NCBI RefSeq assembly: GCF_964355755.1
Contig: NC_092670.1
Coordinates: 25,344,795-25,408,794 of the forward strand
Direction: 5' to 3'
Source of the DNA: Antedon mediterranea
Lineage: Eukaryota > Animalia > Echinodermata
DNA length: 64,000 bases
Made by a program: the position numbers and the translations under genes. Every line of letters starts with the position of its first letter. The stretch's first letter is position 1. This document shows, piece by piece, positions 13,498 through 25,779 of the stretch. The notes under the pieces are model-generated. The model was not told the DNA's origin, ran no database searches, and saw only the letters and a program-made list of their open reading frames with translations.

Positions 13498-13722
13498 CCC
13501 GTGCCCTTCACATCTATTAATCTTTAATGGAAATCAAATAAATACTCAACACTACTATTATGGCAAACATTTGTTGACCTTTGTATCTGACCTTCCAAAT
13601 GCTTTATATTCGTTGAATAGTGATATTGACTGCTCCTATATGCTCGTGTGCATTGTATTATTTTTCCTTATTCCACTGTAAAATTTAGTAGTAGAATCGA
13701 TCGTGCGTAAGTTAATAGTAGA

Positions 13723-16700
13723 ATGGCTTTTTCGCGAAGTAAGAGTTACGTTCATACCCCCAGTCTCAGTCCCTTTATGGGGCTGACGATGAATGAAATG
13801 TTGGAAGAGAGAGTGAAGAAAAATCCAGACAGAGAAATGCTTGTTTTTGTTGCCGATAATGAACGAGTTACTTTTGCTGAATTTAAGAAATTGGTGAGAT
13901 ATTGTTTGAATGTTTATTATTATGTAATATCTACTACTGATATTAGGCCTGATACTTCATTTTATTTCAAGCGTTTTACATCATTGAATCTGAACTAATT
14001 ATCTTTTTCAGGTGATAGACAGCAGCCGGGTTCTTACTCAAACTTAGTCTTCGTCGTGGTGATCGTATAGCTGTTATAGGCGCTAACCACATAGAATGGC
14101 CACTTATTACAAGTGCAGCGAGAGCAATAGGCGTCGGTGTGGTAGGATACTCATCCTTAGTTATATATTACATTATTTAGTCGTTGTATATCGACTGATA
14201 TATCGGGAAAAAATAGTGTAGGCCTAACTTTAAAATGTTAAAGAGTAAAGCATGGTCCCCACTACCGACGTAACCTACGCAGCGTAAGCAAATGCCCTTC
14301 CAATAATTTTTCCCTCGCTTGCGTGAAATCGTTGCGCTACGCTGTGTCGCTAGTGGGAACCGTGACGCTTTAGCCTTTAAAATAAAGTCAGCAACTCCGT
14401 TTTTATTTTTCTTCAGGCTAATCTGCTAATTGGTCATACTCCTCATAGTTTTCAGAAAATAATATTACAAGTAAGTCATCTATTTTCTTGTTCAACTTTC
14501 CTGTCGTTATTAGATGCCTTGTATTGACAACATTGATTAACCAGAAAAATATGGAATATTTTTCAACGTCCTCAACCAGCTTTTTTCCGACAAAATATTT
14601 TAATTGTAGGGCTTACTCTTGTGTTTTGTACGAATTCACATTAAAATTAAAAATACATGTATTGTAATGTATGATAATTCTTATAGAAAATTATTAATAC
14701 CTTAATAATATGCAAATTTACAACGAGACCTCTTTGTTAATTATATATTAACATATTGGCATTTAGATTTGGTTTTTAGTACAATCAAAATTGTTTTAAA
14801 AAGGCAGTATAATTTTAATTTATGTGTGGTTTATAATAAATATACAGTAATTTCATATTTGTTAGGATAATATCTTTTTAAAAAAACTAGAAAAACTAAT
14901 AATATTTCCTCAGATCATGCCAATATTAAAGAATCCACAACTAGAGTTCCGTAATAATGCCTTATCGCGATCGTGAGCTTCTAACAATTCACCCTACAGT
15001 ATTAGGCTATAACAACTTTTATCAATTTACATATTGCCAGGTGTCGTGCAAAGCGTTGTTCATAACTCGTAGCCCTGACACACTTTACCAAATGGCTTGT
15101 GAAATGATTCCAGAGTTAAGTGAAAGTATTCCAGGTGACTTAAATTCAAAACAGTGAGTATATTATTATTAAGTTATTAAGTTCACATGGATAATATCAC
15201 TGATATTATGGACAAAATAACTAGTTATTTTGTCCATGCTAATACCTAACATTATAAGCTTTTCATTTGTGTTTTAGGTTCCCCGACTTGAAGAAGGTCA
15301 TTGCCGCTGGTTCCAATTGCAAAAGGTACAATAAGTAGGCCTACTATCAATAAAACGATAATGCATATTAAAGTTTATTTAGTTGTTTGCAACGTTAACT
15401 TTTTTCTTCATTTTTTTCAGTGGAACGTTGAATCTCGATGATATATCTGTTTCTGGATGTGAGGAAGAAGTAGCAAAAGCGGCTAAGAAAGTCACAATTG
15501 ATGACGTCAGCCATTTTAGTATGACATCGGTAAGAAATAATAATATGATTAAACTTCTATCATCAATTAAAGCTAAAAAATGCATTAAAATAATAAAAAA
15601 TGGCTGATTTTTTACTGATTCAATAGATAAATCTGCGACATTCACGTTTAAAAAAAGATTTAATCAGGGAAGAGTAAACTTCATTCATTAATTGTGATAT
15701 TCCTATCATTCTTACTGTGATCCCAAATGAAACTATACTAATGTATTTGTATTTATTTTTTCGAGATTTTAAAATAATTGAACTATTGTATTACCACAGG
15801 GCACAACTGGATCACCGAAATTAGTGCCGTTTACCCATTTCAAAACACTCAACGACAACATATTTGTACCGGATCAATTTGACGAGGAACAAGTAAGTCA
15901 TAGGTCTATTACCCTTCAGTGTTGTTCGATGCTAATATAATTAGGAGCGCTGGAATTTGTGAGATGACGAACATTACCGAGAAAACGTATAAATGTGTGA
16001 AGATAATTTTCGAGCCAGAGTGGTTGACGAAATAAAATAATTGAATTGAAGCTAGAAAATTAAAATACGAAGATGGTATGATGACGTCACGCGATAACAA
16101 GATACTGATGAAGATTATCTGACGGTGGTGATGGGGAGAAGGAGGAGGATGGCGTTGATGATGTTGATAACGTCTAGTAATAGTAACGATTCCTTTTCTA
16201 AACTAAGGTCAATATATTTGCATGCGTCGGTAACATGGCCCATGTTGGAGCAACGCAACTGGGTCAAGTAGCGCCACTTCTGTTCGGTACAACTTCAGTG
16301 TTTCCTTCACCAACCTACACATTTGAAAAGTTTGTTCAGGCCGTCGAAGCAGAAAGGTGAAGTAAATATGCGTTTAATTACTCTCTTAAATTGGTCGACT
16401 GAATATTCAATCGATACGGTTGATTTTTCAACTTTTGGCCGACTGTGAGTAGGGACAAATCGGATTGATTGAAATAACGATTGAAGATTTTCAATCGATT
16501 CAAAGATTGAAAAATTTCAAACTAAGAAGATTGGAAAAATTATTTTTTCAACCAAAATCGATTGACTTTTTTGTTTAAATACGATGCTTAAAAAAGATAC
16601 GTTTCTTATATATATTCCATTTTGATTTTATTGAAAACATAACAACAGTATATTACAATAGTCAAGACACTGCTGTAGTCTTTGTCTTTCAGTAGTATAA

Positions 16701-19700
16701 TTATAAATTCAAAAACTATCTTATATGCCTTGGTGATATACCCTAATTCTTGGGAGGGCATCTACAAAGTCCACAAATATCATTCAGGAAAATATAGTGC
16801 AGCCTAAATAAAAGCCCAACCATGGCTTCTACAATGTGTCTGAATGAAAGTACATGTTGAGTTATGATGACCGTCCAATTGACAATAAATATGGCTGTGC
16901 AAATTTTTGTCCTGCATACTCTTTTCTAACATCTGTTGCATCCTGTAAGAATAACAAAAAGCATAACAAACTGTTATTTATCATAAAATATTTGATAAAT
17001 GTACGCATCTTTAGTAGTAGTACTGTACTATCTTTATCATTGATAATTTTTTATTTTCAATATGGTCTTAAAAAGCAACGGTGAATAGTTTTGCTATTCA
17101 ATATTATCAGAAAAGAGTATCATATAAAACTCTTTTCTCTAATTTAAGTAAATTTTGACATTCGTAATTTTTAAAATGAAAATAAAAACTGTACTATTAA
17201 TTAATATGCTTACATGGATATGTTGAATGAACAAATTCACAGCTTCTGATTTGGTTCATGCTCTGTATAAGATTGAGACATATAGTATGCTTCATATAAA
17301 TCAACATAACAAGACCATTAGGCCTAGTGCACAAAATAAATTATAAAACATTAATAACAGTAACACAAATAGTAAAAATAATAGGCTAGTTCAGATTCAG
17401 TCAAGCCACCAATAATTAGGCAATCTTTTTCTAGCATCAGGTCGGTATGTCGAGTAGTTTCTTCTAGGTTGGAAATATTTTTTAATCCAGTCCCTGTTTT
17501 AAAGCTTAAAAAACACGAATTTATACACAATTGACATGTATAAATACAGTGATTTAAATACAGATATACAACATATTATTATTACTTACTATCAAAAAAT
17601 AAATATAAATCGTTCAAGATGATGTCCATGTTGTTATTGTGAATGATTGCAGCCCGAAACATCATTGACATTGTGTAGTCAAGCATTTTTCCTGTGCAAT
17701 AGATAGAAATAATATGTTTCTACTAAATGTTATAGTTTAGTACTGTACAGTATACACAGTATAGCCTATCGTCATTATTTATTAATATTATAATTATTAA
17801 TTATATCATAATTTATTCGTAGGACGCCTAGGCTAGGCCCTACTAGAGGCTCTAGCTATAGGCCTAGGCCCCTAGGGCCTAGTCTAGGAAATAGTATTAA
17901 AGTAGGGCCTAGGCTTAGTAACTAGGCCTAGCCTAGCCTATTTATTAGACCTAGCTCTTCTCCAGCTAGACCTACTAGTTAGGCCTAGCCTACTAGGCTA
18001 GTACTAGCCTATGCTAGCTAGTAGTAGTAGGGTAGGCCTAGCTAGAGAACGTCATCAAGAATTACAAAGTAACGTTTTTTTAGTATTCATTAAAATTGTT
18101 TATACAATGGAAATGCCTATTCAACTAGGCTAGGCCTAGCCTAGATAGAATAATATTCAAGGCATAACACATTTGATTTAGTAAATTTAACCTAGGCTAC
18201 TCACTAACTAGGTCTATAGCCTAACTCGGTAACCGGCAAAAATAAACTCGAGCCGTACCGTACACCACACTCGCTGCTGTCACGTCAACTAGCCTACTAA
18301 CTAGATCTGTGCATGCTGTGGCCAGAAAATGTGCGCGGTGGTGGTGGTGTGAATGTAGGCCTCAATGTAGCGTATGCCTTAGATTCAATTTAAAATAAAT
18401 GATTACCAACCTTCTAAAATAGATATTGATTCAATTGGTATATGTTACGAATACGGTAGCTCGTAAATTGTCGGCAAAGAATCTAAAATGCGATCGAAGA
18501 GCATGAAGACACTGACTCTGAAGATCAGGCGGGCGGGAAGCGAGGAGAGGGCCGGAAGACAAACTTTTGTTGTCCGCGCGCTTTCACGTCACAATATATT
18601 AGGCGCTGATTGGATGTTGTAATCAAACTTTCTATCAGTTGAAACTTTATTTTCAACTGGAGCGTATTTCACGTTCATGAATACCATATTCAGTCTAAAA
18701 AGTTTGGTTTTAATCATCAAACGTAAATACGATCGAAATTTCCAATCGATGAATTTAAGAGAGTAACAATGATTTAAAAACGTGCAATGATTATCAATGT
18801 TTAAGGCTTGCGTCGATATTAAACATGCGTCTTTTTGCACGGTTTTCAATGTTATTATTTAGGCCTAATTGATCTTCTTTATTAGATGCAACTCATTCTT
18901 GCTGATGATAGATGGTGTAGTCAATCTTGCCTATAATCCTATTTGTGACAAGTACGACCTGTTTTCATTGCAATCAGGTAATAAACAGTATAACTTCTAT
19001 TCATATAAGTATAGTTAGGGAAATATTTAACATTATCTATCTTAGAAAATCGAGGGGGAAAATAAATATTTGGTGGTGTTTTTTTGTTGTTAAAGGTATG
19101 ACCGGTGGTTTGCACATTCCGCCAGATGTTATTTTTGAGTTGCACAAAAAGTATGGATTTCGTTTGTTGGTGCGTATCAAATTATAATAATAATAATCTA
19201 ATTATATATACTAGATGGCACGCTCGCTTCGCTCGCGTACCATCTAGGTCGTGCCCACAGATGGTTCTCGAATACACAGTATTTCCAGCGAGAAAAAAAT
19301 GGAGATTTCAAATGTACGTACCGCAGGACTATAATACATTGTCGTTTACAGAAACGAATAAATATACACAATGATTTATGTAGTCAACCAAAATTAGCAC
19401 CCTGGGAATTACTTCCGAGAGAGAAACAAAATGAGTCAAATTTTTTTATTTGGACTCATTTAAACAAACCCAATTTGTGTTTTGTATGTAACATTAAGGG
19501 TTGAGGGATGGGGGAAGAAGATAGGTACAAAGAGGAAACATTTTAAAATATATTCTTATCCACTCAGTAACGAAATATTGTTTTTAATGTTTTATAGGCC
19601 TATAAATAATATACCACTAAATACAGTAAAACATTTACGATTTAATACGGTACTTTGTTAAAACTCTCACTGTCATAGTCGATTGAAATAGTAAAGTACA

Positions 19701-22700
19701 TGTAACGATACACCACTACGACGTTTATATATTTTTAAATTATTAATTAATACAAACGTTGAGAAGCAACTGTCAGTAATAACGTTTATTTATTTGTATA
19801 TTATATGTTTATAATCTAACAGTAGGGCCTACCCACACTCACAGTAATAAAGTTTATTTGTATATATTTTTATATTACATCTAACAGTACCAACACTCAC
19901 AGTAAGAAATTTGCAATTCAAATTGCGATCAAAAGTGGTTAATACCTTAACAGTATTGTACAGCATTGCAATACTATTTATGTTTATTCTCCAAGGGGGC
20001 CCATAAATCTAAATCTATACCTCTATGGTTAAACCAAATAATTTGGAATGTTTATTTGTATATTATATGTTTATAATCTAACAGTAGGGCCTACCCACAC
20101 TCACAGTAATAAAGTTTATTTGTATATATTTTTATATTACATCTAACAGTACCAACACTCACAGTAAGAAATTTGCGATTCAAATTGCGATCAAAAGTGG
20201 TTTTAACCATTAAAATACCTTAACAGTATTGTACAGCCAGGGAACTCCCTGGTACAGCATTGCAATACTATTTATGTTTATTCTCCAAGGGTGCCCATAA
20301 ATCTAAATCTATACCTGTATGGTTAAACCAAATAATTTGGAATGTTCCATTCATCACAAATCAATACATTTGTAAAAACGTATATTAAATGTATCAAAAT
20401 AGTATTTTTTAAAGAAAATCGGCCTGTCTTCAACATTATGATGCTGTACTCGAACTGTTCAACCGGTTTTCAGCTATTAAAAACAATTATCGTAGGAGGA
20501 GATAGGAAAATGCGAAGCCTCCTCGCATTTTTGTGGCGGGTATTTTTCAAGATGGACATCCATTAGACAGTGTATACCACGATCGGAAAACACCCCTATT
20601 TGGGGCAAATCGTTGAACCTAAATTCGTTTTAATCGTCAATAACTAATTATCTAACTTAATTTAATTAGTAAACAGGGTTACATCAGGTGGTTAAAATCA
20701 GTACCGAAAGTACGAACCAACTTTATATACCATCGAGTAAAAATTCTAGAAGTAAGGCGCGATTTACCGAATTTTGCCCTTACGTAAATTTATATATAGA
20801 TACCTTTACATCGCGCAGCTAAACTCCGGTGTGGGTAAACTCCGATGTTGGTAAACTCCGATGTTTTGCTAGGTGATTTATACACGGCGTGAGGAGCAGC
20901 AACGGAGATGAACTTGTCCATTTGACGTTATTTGTTTTTGACGAATGAAAGTTGTTATATTTTCTTGCCAGAATTCTTATGGATCAACAGAAACCACCAG
21001 CGTCAGCTCCATGACAGTCGATGACTTGGTTTGGCACACAACAGGCCGCACGTTACCCAATATTGAAGTAAGGCCAACTTATCTTTGTCACAACTTGTGT
21101 CATATCATTATGTTTTTAATTGTACACTAACATTGTTTAAAATCCAACATTTTCAGCTTCAAATAGTTGATAAAGAAGGATGTCCCGTAGAAGTCGGTGA
21201 AGAGGGAGAGATATGGGTACGAAGTCCAGTTGCGTTCAGAGGTTACTATGGTGATATTGAGAAAACAAAACAGACGATCACTGAAAACGGATGGATTAAA
21301 ATGGGGTACTATCACAACTTTACTATTATTTATTATGATTTTCAGCTCTTTGGGCCCTTAGGCGGGACCAGTAGACTGTTTTTACAGAATAATATAATCT
21401 ACTTATCATAGGCATTTGGAAATATATGAAAGTAAAATGTTCTGTATTGTAAATTATCAAAACCCACTTAGGTTAATTATGTGAAGCACACCTTAGAATG
21501 AATGTGCAGTAGGCATATATCAAATAATTAAAAAGAATTGTGCATGTAAATTATTATTAATTTCAGAGATATTGGTAAGCTAAGTGCAGATGGCTACCTG
21601 ACAATACTTGGTAGAATTAAGGTACATATACATATACAGTATTATGTACTGTATTATCGTTTCAATAGTTCCTTATGTTACCAGTAAGAAGTTGCAAAGT
21701 AATCACGTCGTCGTGGTCCACACGGTAAATACAGACACTCGGCAATTACACACATTTTACACGCGCGACAACCACGGGCTATGGTAGTACATGATATGTA
21801 GTCAGTACTGTATTTCTCACAGGCTAACAGTAATATTTTCATTGTCAGGACATAATTATCAGAAGCGGTTTCAATATCCATCCATCAGAAGTGGAGAGTT
21901 TAGTAATAACTCATCCAGCCGTAAACATTGCCCAGGTAAATGCTTGGTTCCCATTATTAACCAATCACAAGCGATGAATTATTCGAACTGTCATTGTCAT
22001 TGGTCAACACGTTTGCGTTGCGCTTACGTCCTTGCGTTACGTCCTAGTGGGAACCAAGCTATATAAGTGATGATAACGTTATTCATGTTTCTGCACATAC
22101 AGTATACCAATATGTTGTTCTCCAGAGCGCGGAAAGATTCTTTGGAAAACAAACCCAATGTTTACAATTATTATCATAAAAAAATACTCTATGCTGAAAT
22201 ACATTGTAAAATGTTTTTTTTCTAACACAGGTTATACCAATTCCAGATTACAGGATCGGTGAAGATGTATGTGCATGTGTTACGTACGTATGTTTGAATT
22301 TCTACCAAAACTGGAATTTGTTTATATAATTAAACGAATATAATTATTTGACATTATTGTCAACAGTTTCGTATGATTATGAATTCTTTTAAAAAAGAAA
22401 AACATTTACTTTATTATTTCAGATTAAATGAAGGTTGCAATGTCACCGAAGAAGAACTGAAAACTTTCTTCGAAGGAAAGGTAGGTCCTATTAACCTCAA
22501 GTAATATTAAATAAACACAAGAAATCAAGATTCATTGAAATTCAAATATTTTTATTTTGTTATTTTTTAAATTTATTTTATCATTTATTGTATACAAAAT
22601 TTAACTTTTGATAAACCAATTATCAAGTAGGCCTACTCGCTTGTAACGTTTTCGCTATTTCAATAGCCTTAATCACGCAAATGACTCTGTGATGACCTTC

Positions 22701-23371
22701 TGTCATTCGTCATGGCTCAGTCGCCATCACTCGCCCGATGTTTAGCTTTCTGCCCCCCTCCCCCACCCCTCTCGATGCTCAAGTGAGTACAGTACTTGAT
22801 AATTGGTTTATCGAAAGTTAAATTTTGTATACACAATTTTAACTTATTAAATTTGACAATAATTATCAATTTTTTTTTTTTTTTCAGATGTCGGATTTAA
22901 TCCAGCCGTCTTACTTTCTAATCTTTGGATCTTTCCCAGTTGGCGCTTCAGGAAAGGTGATGTATGGCCTACACATGTGTTTCCTCAAGGCTTAGCTAAT
23001 ACAACAAAAGTACATTAAACTTAAAGATATATCTGGAAAATCGATAATAGATCAATCACTATATATTATTATTTACCATGCCACTATTGTGTGAAACAAT
23101 AAACTTGATAAAGATATTTAAAACGTATTTCCCGTAATTAATAAAAGATCTGTTGTAGAGTGTTAATTTGATTCGCTCTCTTTTTGTCAATGAATGTAGT
23201 AGGACTAAAATTAGACCATAGCGTCAGCTTTGATCATAGAACATTACTAATGTAATTTAAAATCACAAAATCATGTTTTTTTTACAGGTGCATCGTAAGA
23301 AGCCACCCGATTCCCAGTGCTGTATCTCCACATACTATCTATTTCCGAAGTATAAAAGGAATATTTGGTAA
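13723..23371 (+). CDS. ACSF2: Acyl-CoA synthetase (ACSF2-like), copy 2, 18 exons (13723-13892, 14019-14141, 14417-14470, 15041-15153, 15278-15325, 15421-15529, 15800-15892, 16208-16356, 18886-18977, 19096-19169, 20972-21067, 21157-21305, 21567-21621, 21849-21935, 22231-22283, 22423-22480, 22888-22956, 23288-23371); may be impaired
   Basis: MAFSRSKSYVH..., P-loop MTSGTTGSPK, YGSTET, GDIG, GRIKD, GASGK; same intron positions as copy 1. Frame problem at the exon 2 acceptor and an altered last exon (see findings). Confidence 0.82.
16381..18763 (-). mobile_element. About 2.4-kb TIR DNA transposon relic (CACTA/EnSpm-like) in ACSF2 intron 8, with decayed spliced accessory ORF
   Basis: TA|CTCTCTTAAATT...AATTTAAGAGAG|TA termini with imperfect subterminal repeats; minus-strand AG/GT-bounded segments giving EAVNLFIQHIH|DATDVRKEYAGQKFAQPYLLSIG and VGLLFRLHYIF; AATAAA at about 16627. 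Confidence 0.65.
19211..20800 (-). mobile_element. Non-autonomous Helitron, copy 1, with internal tandem duplication of about 262 bp (19789-20050 / 20051-20348)
   Basis: On minus: A|TCTATATATAAATTTACG...GATGGTACGCGAGCGAAGCGAGCGTGCCATCTAG|T, i.e. 5' TC, 3' hairpin plus CTAG, A|T target, no TSD. Confidence 0.88.
22589..22832. mobile_element. MITE with terminal inverted repeats of about 55 bp
   Basis: tgtatacaaaatttaacttttgataaaccaattatcaagta... pairs with ...tacttgataattggtttatcgaaagttaaattttgtataca. Confidence 0.75.
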
Positions 23372-23659
23372 TACAGCATCTCATTCATATCACATGTGGT
23401 GCCTGTATCATGTAAGGTTAAGGGTTCGGTTACTACTCTAGTAAGCGCTGTACTGTTGGCTGCCGTGGGTCCGGCCGTAGACGTATAGGTTAAGCGTAAT
23501 ATTTAAGTAGTGCAGTCAGCCACGGTCAAAATATTAACAGAAAGAAGACAAACTTGCATTTATTTATGATTCTTTCAATTTTTTATTTCAGAATCTCTAG
23601 TCCATAGAAAGTAAAATTACATATAAATTAATAAAAAATAAATAAGACTACTATCTACT

Positions 23660-23950
23660 ACTCATCTCAGGATGGCATTCCACGTGTAGGCCGAGAGCAT
23701 CTTTGACTTATATAAGACATTGCCTATAATCGTTGAGACTAAAACATTTTCACTTGAATTGAGTCTACACATCAAGCCATATATCGATTTTCTTAAAAAT
23801 TTATAGAGAAGGAATTCTACATTCTGTAAACATGGGGCTGGCACTACAATGTCGAGGACATTGCAACAGCATTCTTAAACCATTATTGTAGCATAAGTGC
23901 TAGAGAGATCGCATTCAAGAACGAATGGTAGCCAGAGAACTGTTTTGAAA
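23660..23950 (-). mobile_element. LINE ORF2 C-terminal fragment; second copy at about 25145-25345
   Basis: YNNGLRMLLQCPRHCS-like translation; 23747-23950 is near-duplicated at 25147-25345. Confidence 0.55.
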
Positions 23951-24119
23951 CACTTTTGTACGGTTTGTTAAGTAATCCCATATTTAACATAAGTAATTAG
24001 TTAATTAACATATTTAAATAGGCCTATTCATTCTATTTTGGTAGCCTACTATCCGTATATTTAGTTATTTATTGTATAAATTCTTCATTTTTATTCACAA
24101 ACATACGGTCCATTCTTCA

Positions 24120-24530
24120 TTAGGTTATATGCATTATCATGCATATAACCTCTTGATTCTGTCAGGATCTTTATTTATTTATTTATTTATTCTTTCCTTA
24201 GCACTATTTTGTCCGTCAATTATCTTGATAAGTTTCAGTTTCATCTAGCTAAGTCAATTTTTCAGAGTATATTCCTTATGGCCAGGAATCGATGTGGTTA
24301 TGTTTTCATGGTGCGCAATCATAAATTACGCTGTCTACGCGCGATTTAACGAAATCACGTTTGTAATCATATCTTCACCACATATATTTTTTTTTCGCCA
24401 CTTCTATACGATAAGGAACTAATTGAATGTTGATGATTATGTTTTAATAATTGATATTCATTCAAATGATTTTCAAAATAAAGCTTGTTATAATGTAAGC
24501 CTCCAATTTATAATTTAATTACATTCAGAA
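24120..24530 (-). mobile_element. Possible small Helitron/Helentron-like element (terminal hairpin plus TTTA microsatellite)
   Basis: Palindrome GGTTATATGCAT-tatc-ATGCATATAACC at 24123-24150, ending CTAA|T on minus, next to (TTTA)n at 24170-24192; far boundary uncertain. Confidence 0.4.
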
Positions 24531-25344
24531 TACTCATATGTCGTCATTTTAATACCATTAATCTTTCCTAAGTGACATTGGGCCTACAACGGATGTGTAT
24601 TTGCTTTTCGTAACGTAATTAACCAATGGCAACCGTTCACATTTATGCTGGTGTACCGAGCCCAAGTATACTCCAGAGAACTATAGACTATAAACGCTAG
24701 TCAACTAGCCTGAGAAGACTATAAAGAAGTGATTCCAACATCTTCTATAGAAGACAATAACTACCATGTCCAGTAGTCATTAAGTTAATTAATTAATTGA
24801 TATGTCGTGGGTTTAATTTTAAATGTATATATGCTGGCTAATCATCAGGAATAGTCCTGAACAGGGAGATGAGCGCCCCTGCCCACCGATGAGTTTCGGG
24901 ATCCCTTTGATTCGGAGAGAGAGAGTACACGTCAGGGTCCCTACCTAGGGTTACAGGTCTCAGGTTTTTAGTTTTTTTAATCAATTAGTGTTCCATGACC
25001 TTCTCATCAAAATTAATGTCTCTCATTGTTGTGCTATGTCAACAAAATGTCAATGACGGCGAAATGTCCCCAATAATGGGGATAGCTATGCAAACAAGTA
25101 ACAAGTAACAAGTAGTAAAAAAATACATATATAAAATACTATTGTATTTTCACTTGAATTGAGTCTACACATCAAGCCATATATTGATTTTCTTTAAAAT
25201 TCATAGAGAATGAATTCTACATTCTGTAACATGAGACTGGCACTACAATGTCGAGGCCTTTGCAACAACATTCTTAATCCATTGTTGTAGCATACCTGCT
25301 GGGGAGATCGCATTCAAGAATGAATGGTAGAGAAGTGTTTTCGA

Positions 25345-25585
25345 ACACATTAGGCATAGAACATTAATTCTAAACCGCCCGGTAATATACTGCTGAAATT
25401 TAATTAATTCATTTGAAACGATAAAGATGAGGAAATAAGAACGAGACTCGAACCCGGAACCTTCTGCTTGATATGCAGATGTCCTAACTATTAGACCACT
25501 GGGGCTTTCATGGTATAGTTCAAACCCAATTGGATAGCGACTCTTTAACATTCTCGGCGTGGTACGGTGGAACAGCACTAGTCCC
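25345..25585 (-). mobile_element. tRNA-derived repeat (SINE-like): leader, tRNA-like core and AT-rich tail
   Basis: GCCCCAGTGGTCTAATAGTTAGGACATCTGCATATCAAGCAGAAGGTTCCGGGTTCGAGTCTCG has A and B boxes; homologous to 28440-28960 and 33421-33525. Confidence 0.75.
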
Positions 25586-25779
25586 TCATATTAGTGTTTA
25601 CCTACCGACCGACCGACCAACCGAAATTGCTGAAAATGTTTAAAAATGTTGAATTTAAAAAAAAACATTTATATTTGCCTCCAAGTATTAATATCCAATG
25701 TCAAAATAAAGAAAAAATATGAATATAAGGTAGAGTTTACCAACCGACCGACATCGTGAGCTAGAGAGTCGGACGGGAC

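Noticed and set aside
16070-16175. GAT/GAG-rich stretch resembling an acidic exon
   Set aside because: No convincing splice sites, and ACSF2 exons 7 and 8 join in frame without it.
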